Source: a virus
DNA length: 64,000 nucleotides
Strand: one strand, 5' to 3'
IMG/VR virus record: IMGVR_UViG_3300021185_001174
Coordinates: 32,001-96,000 of that record
The notes beneath the pieces were generated by a model, which was given only the letters and a program-made list of their open reading frames with translations, had not been told where the DNA came from and did not search any database. Positions within the stretch are counted from its first letter, which is position 1, and each line of letters starts with the position of its first letter. Shown here one piece after another: positions 62,521 through 64,000 of the stretch. A program made the translations under genes and the position numbers.

Positions 62521-62979
62521 TTACATACCAGAAGTGAATTTATGCCAATCAATTGCATTTCTAATAGACTGATGTCTCCACTTAATATTTTCCATAATCT
62601 CTTTAAGTGTATCTACCATTTCTTGCTGATAGTGTTGTTTGGCTTGGTGGGCTTGAATGAGAGGGTCTGAATCGTACCATTTATCCATATCTCCCTTTAA
62701 TACTGTAAGACCATTAAGTGGGTCATAAGACCAACCTTTATCGTCCATTTCTTCTTGAGTTAGTTTACCATTATAGTGCATAAACTTCTCTTTCAGCAAG
62801 ACTTTAAAATCCAAGTCTAACTTCTTTAGTTTTAGTTTATTTACAGTATATAGTTCTAAGTACTTCGAATGAAGTTTGGCAGATTCACGAGATGCATTAC
62901 CTAAATCCATCTCATCTATAGTGGAATCTTTCTTCCACATTTCTATTATTTGTTCTAAGCTATTCATAATATTCTCCAA
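62521..62979 (-). CDS. uvsY: Recombination mediator UvsY
   Basis: LHSKYL, RHQSIRNAIDWHKF; upstream of uvsW. Confidence 0.9.
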   Translation of the reverse strand: MENIMNSLEQIIEMWKKDSTIDEMDLGNASRESAKLHSKYLELYTVNKLKLKKLDLDFKVLLKEKFMHYNGKLTQEEMDDKGWSYDPLNGLTVLKGDMDKWYDSDPLIQAHQAKQHYQQEMVDTLKEIMENIKWRHQSIRNAIDWHKFTSGM

Positions 62980-62999
62980 GTATACTTATAGATTAACTT

Positions 63000-63028
63000 A
63001 TTATACTACAAGTTAACCTAAATGTAAA
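63000..63028 (-). promoter_or_regulatory. Sigma70 early promoter for uvsY-uvsW
   Basis: TTTACA-17-TATAAT. Confidence 0.85.
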
Positions 63029-63031
63029 CCA

Positions 63032-63490
63032 TTATTTAAATTCAAAGGTTGAGTAAGCAAATGTTACTGTCGCCTGTAGATATTCTACTTCTGTTCCTTG
63101 TGTGTCGAATGCAAGTTCTGTCATTGCAATAGGGAATACATCCGAAAAATGTATTGTCTTAGTTACATTAGAGTGAGAGTTAAGAACCAATAGTTCTGCA
63201 TCTTCTGACTGGTCTTCTTTACTGTTAACTATACGATGCATCCAATTAAACATTTCTAAGTAATTTTCCATATCTTCTGTAATATTAAATGTAATGGATA
63301 AGTCACCAAAGTTTATTCTATCACCAGTAAATGCAATGTTTGCACCTTTATATGGCATAGGACTTTCTGCAATTGCCATATCAGGTAGAGATACACCAGT
63401 ACAAAAATATTCGGAATTAGAAAATTTGTTCTTGTCTATAGAGAATTGAAACCCTATAGGATTTAAAAAGTTTTTATTAGTAGTTGTCAT
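63032..63490 (-). CDS. 3: Tail tube terminator/completion protein (gp3)
   Basis: NFLNPIGFQF, GDRINFGDL...F..TEDMENYLE..NWM; position between 23 and uvsY. Confidence 0.85.
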   Translation of the reverse strand: MTTTNKNFLNPIGFQFSIDKNKFSNSEYFCTGVSLPDMAIAESPMPYKGANIAFTGDRINFGDLSITFNITEDMENYLEMFNWMHRIVNSKEDQSEDAELLVLNSHSNVTKTIHFSDVFPIAMTELAFDTQGTEVEYLQATVTFAYSTFEFK

Positions 63491-63495
63491 ATATG

Positions 63496-63503
63496 TATTT
63501 ATA
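63496..63503 (-). promoter_or_regulatory. Late promoter for gene 3
   Basis: Exact TATAAATA 5 nt upstream of ATG. Confidence 0.8.
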
Positions 63504-63554
63504 CTCTTTTAAAAGTTAGAATGCGCCATCCTTGGCCAAAGTGCTCCTATAAAC

Positions 63555-63758
63555 TTACTTAGATTCAGTCTCTTCAACACCAGTCTTATCTGCCACAGTT
63601 TTAATTGTACCAGATACTACATCCAAAGTGCCAGTGGTAACACCTGCAACATCAGATGCAACTCCACCAACAATAGTCTTAGTGCCGTCAATTACTGAGT
63701 CAACTGTACTACAACCAGCTAACAAAACTACTGTCATTAATGCAAAAATCTTATGCAT
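63555..63758 (-). CDS. Small lipoprotein (entericidin-like architecture)
   Basis: Lipobox LLAGC followed by a V/G/T-rich amphipathic helix. Confidence 0.75.
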   Translation of the reverse strand: MHKIFALMTVVLLAGCSTVDSVIDGTKTIVGGVASDVAGVTTGTLDVVSGTIKTVADKTGVEETESK

Positions 63759-63850
63759 GATAATCTCCTATCTTGTAATTCCGGGGGTGGTTTCCTATCC
63801 ACTCATGTGCAGTACGTACCACTTGATACGCAGAACATCTTCCATGTAGT

Positions 63851-63858
63851 TATTTATA
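63851..63858 (-). promoter_or_regulatory. Late promoter for the lipoprotein gene
   Basis: Exact TATAAATA after the gp23 terminator. Confidence 0.8.
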
Positions 63859-63892
63859 TCTATTAAATGCTTAGACTTCAGTTTTTCTACGC

Positions 63893-63920
63893 AAAAAAAG
63901 AGAGCCCCGAAGGACTCTCT
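63893..63920 (-). terminator. Rho-independent terminator of gene 23
   Basis: AGAGAGTCC-TTCG-GGGCTCTCT plus T-run. Confidence 0.92.
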
Positions 63921-63941
63921 TAAATACTTTATTACTAAAGA

Positions 63942-64000
63942 TTAGTCAACCATGATGTCGTCTACTCTGAAGATTCTGAAGTATGGGTTAGCTCTGTCAG
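63942..64000 (-). CDS. 23: Major capsid protein, C-terminal fragment
   Basis: DRANPYFRIFRVDDIMVD* resembles the gp23 C-terminus; strong terminator and T4 synteny. Confidence 0.8.
   Translation of the reverse strand, partial: DRANPYFRIFRVDDIMVD

Overview
64 kb segment of a large, AT-rich lytic T4-like myovirus. It resembles marine T4-like phages, and the spanins, sigma70 promoters and ROSE-like sHSP leader suggest a Gram-negative, probably proteobacterial host. Almost all genes are on the minus strand. In transcription order (high to low coordinates) the window holds: the 3' end of major capsid gp23, gp3, uvsY, uvsW, gp55, gp47/46, tRNA-Arg, a vWA/peptidase plus CobS-like AAA pair, gp45/44/62, regA, hsp20 and gp43. 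Next come a MazG plus two-glycosyltransferase cluster with ugd, an epimerase and a cytidylyltransferase, then SleB, GroES, dCMP deaminase, ribosomal protein S21, uvsX, gp41, thyX, tRNA-Ala and DNA ligase. These are followed by a ~10 kb block of probable capsid-packaged internal proteins including enzymes, spanins with a class-3 lipase, nrdAB/glutaredoxin, RNase H, phoH, paralogous fibre-like genes and lysozyme. The window ends in a late-promoter-driven curli-like operon (csgF, csgG, two curlin-like subunits, FecR-domain protein). I counted 19 near-consensus sigma70 promoters and 10 exact TATAAATA late promoters in plausible positions. The most interesting candidates are the curli-like operon, the putative injected-enzyme payload with T4-like capsid-targeting N-termini, a putative DNA glycosylation cluster, a 3-promoter regulon with 11-bp-phased TGTWACA boxes, a ROSE-like thermometer on hsp20, and a lone antisense promoter with a G-tract. 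All product calls come from motif recognition by eye; no database searches were run.
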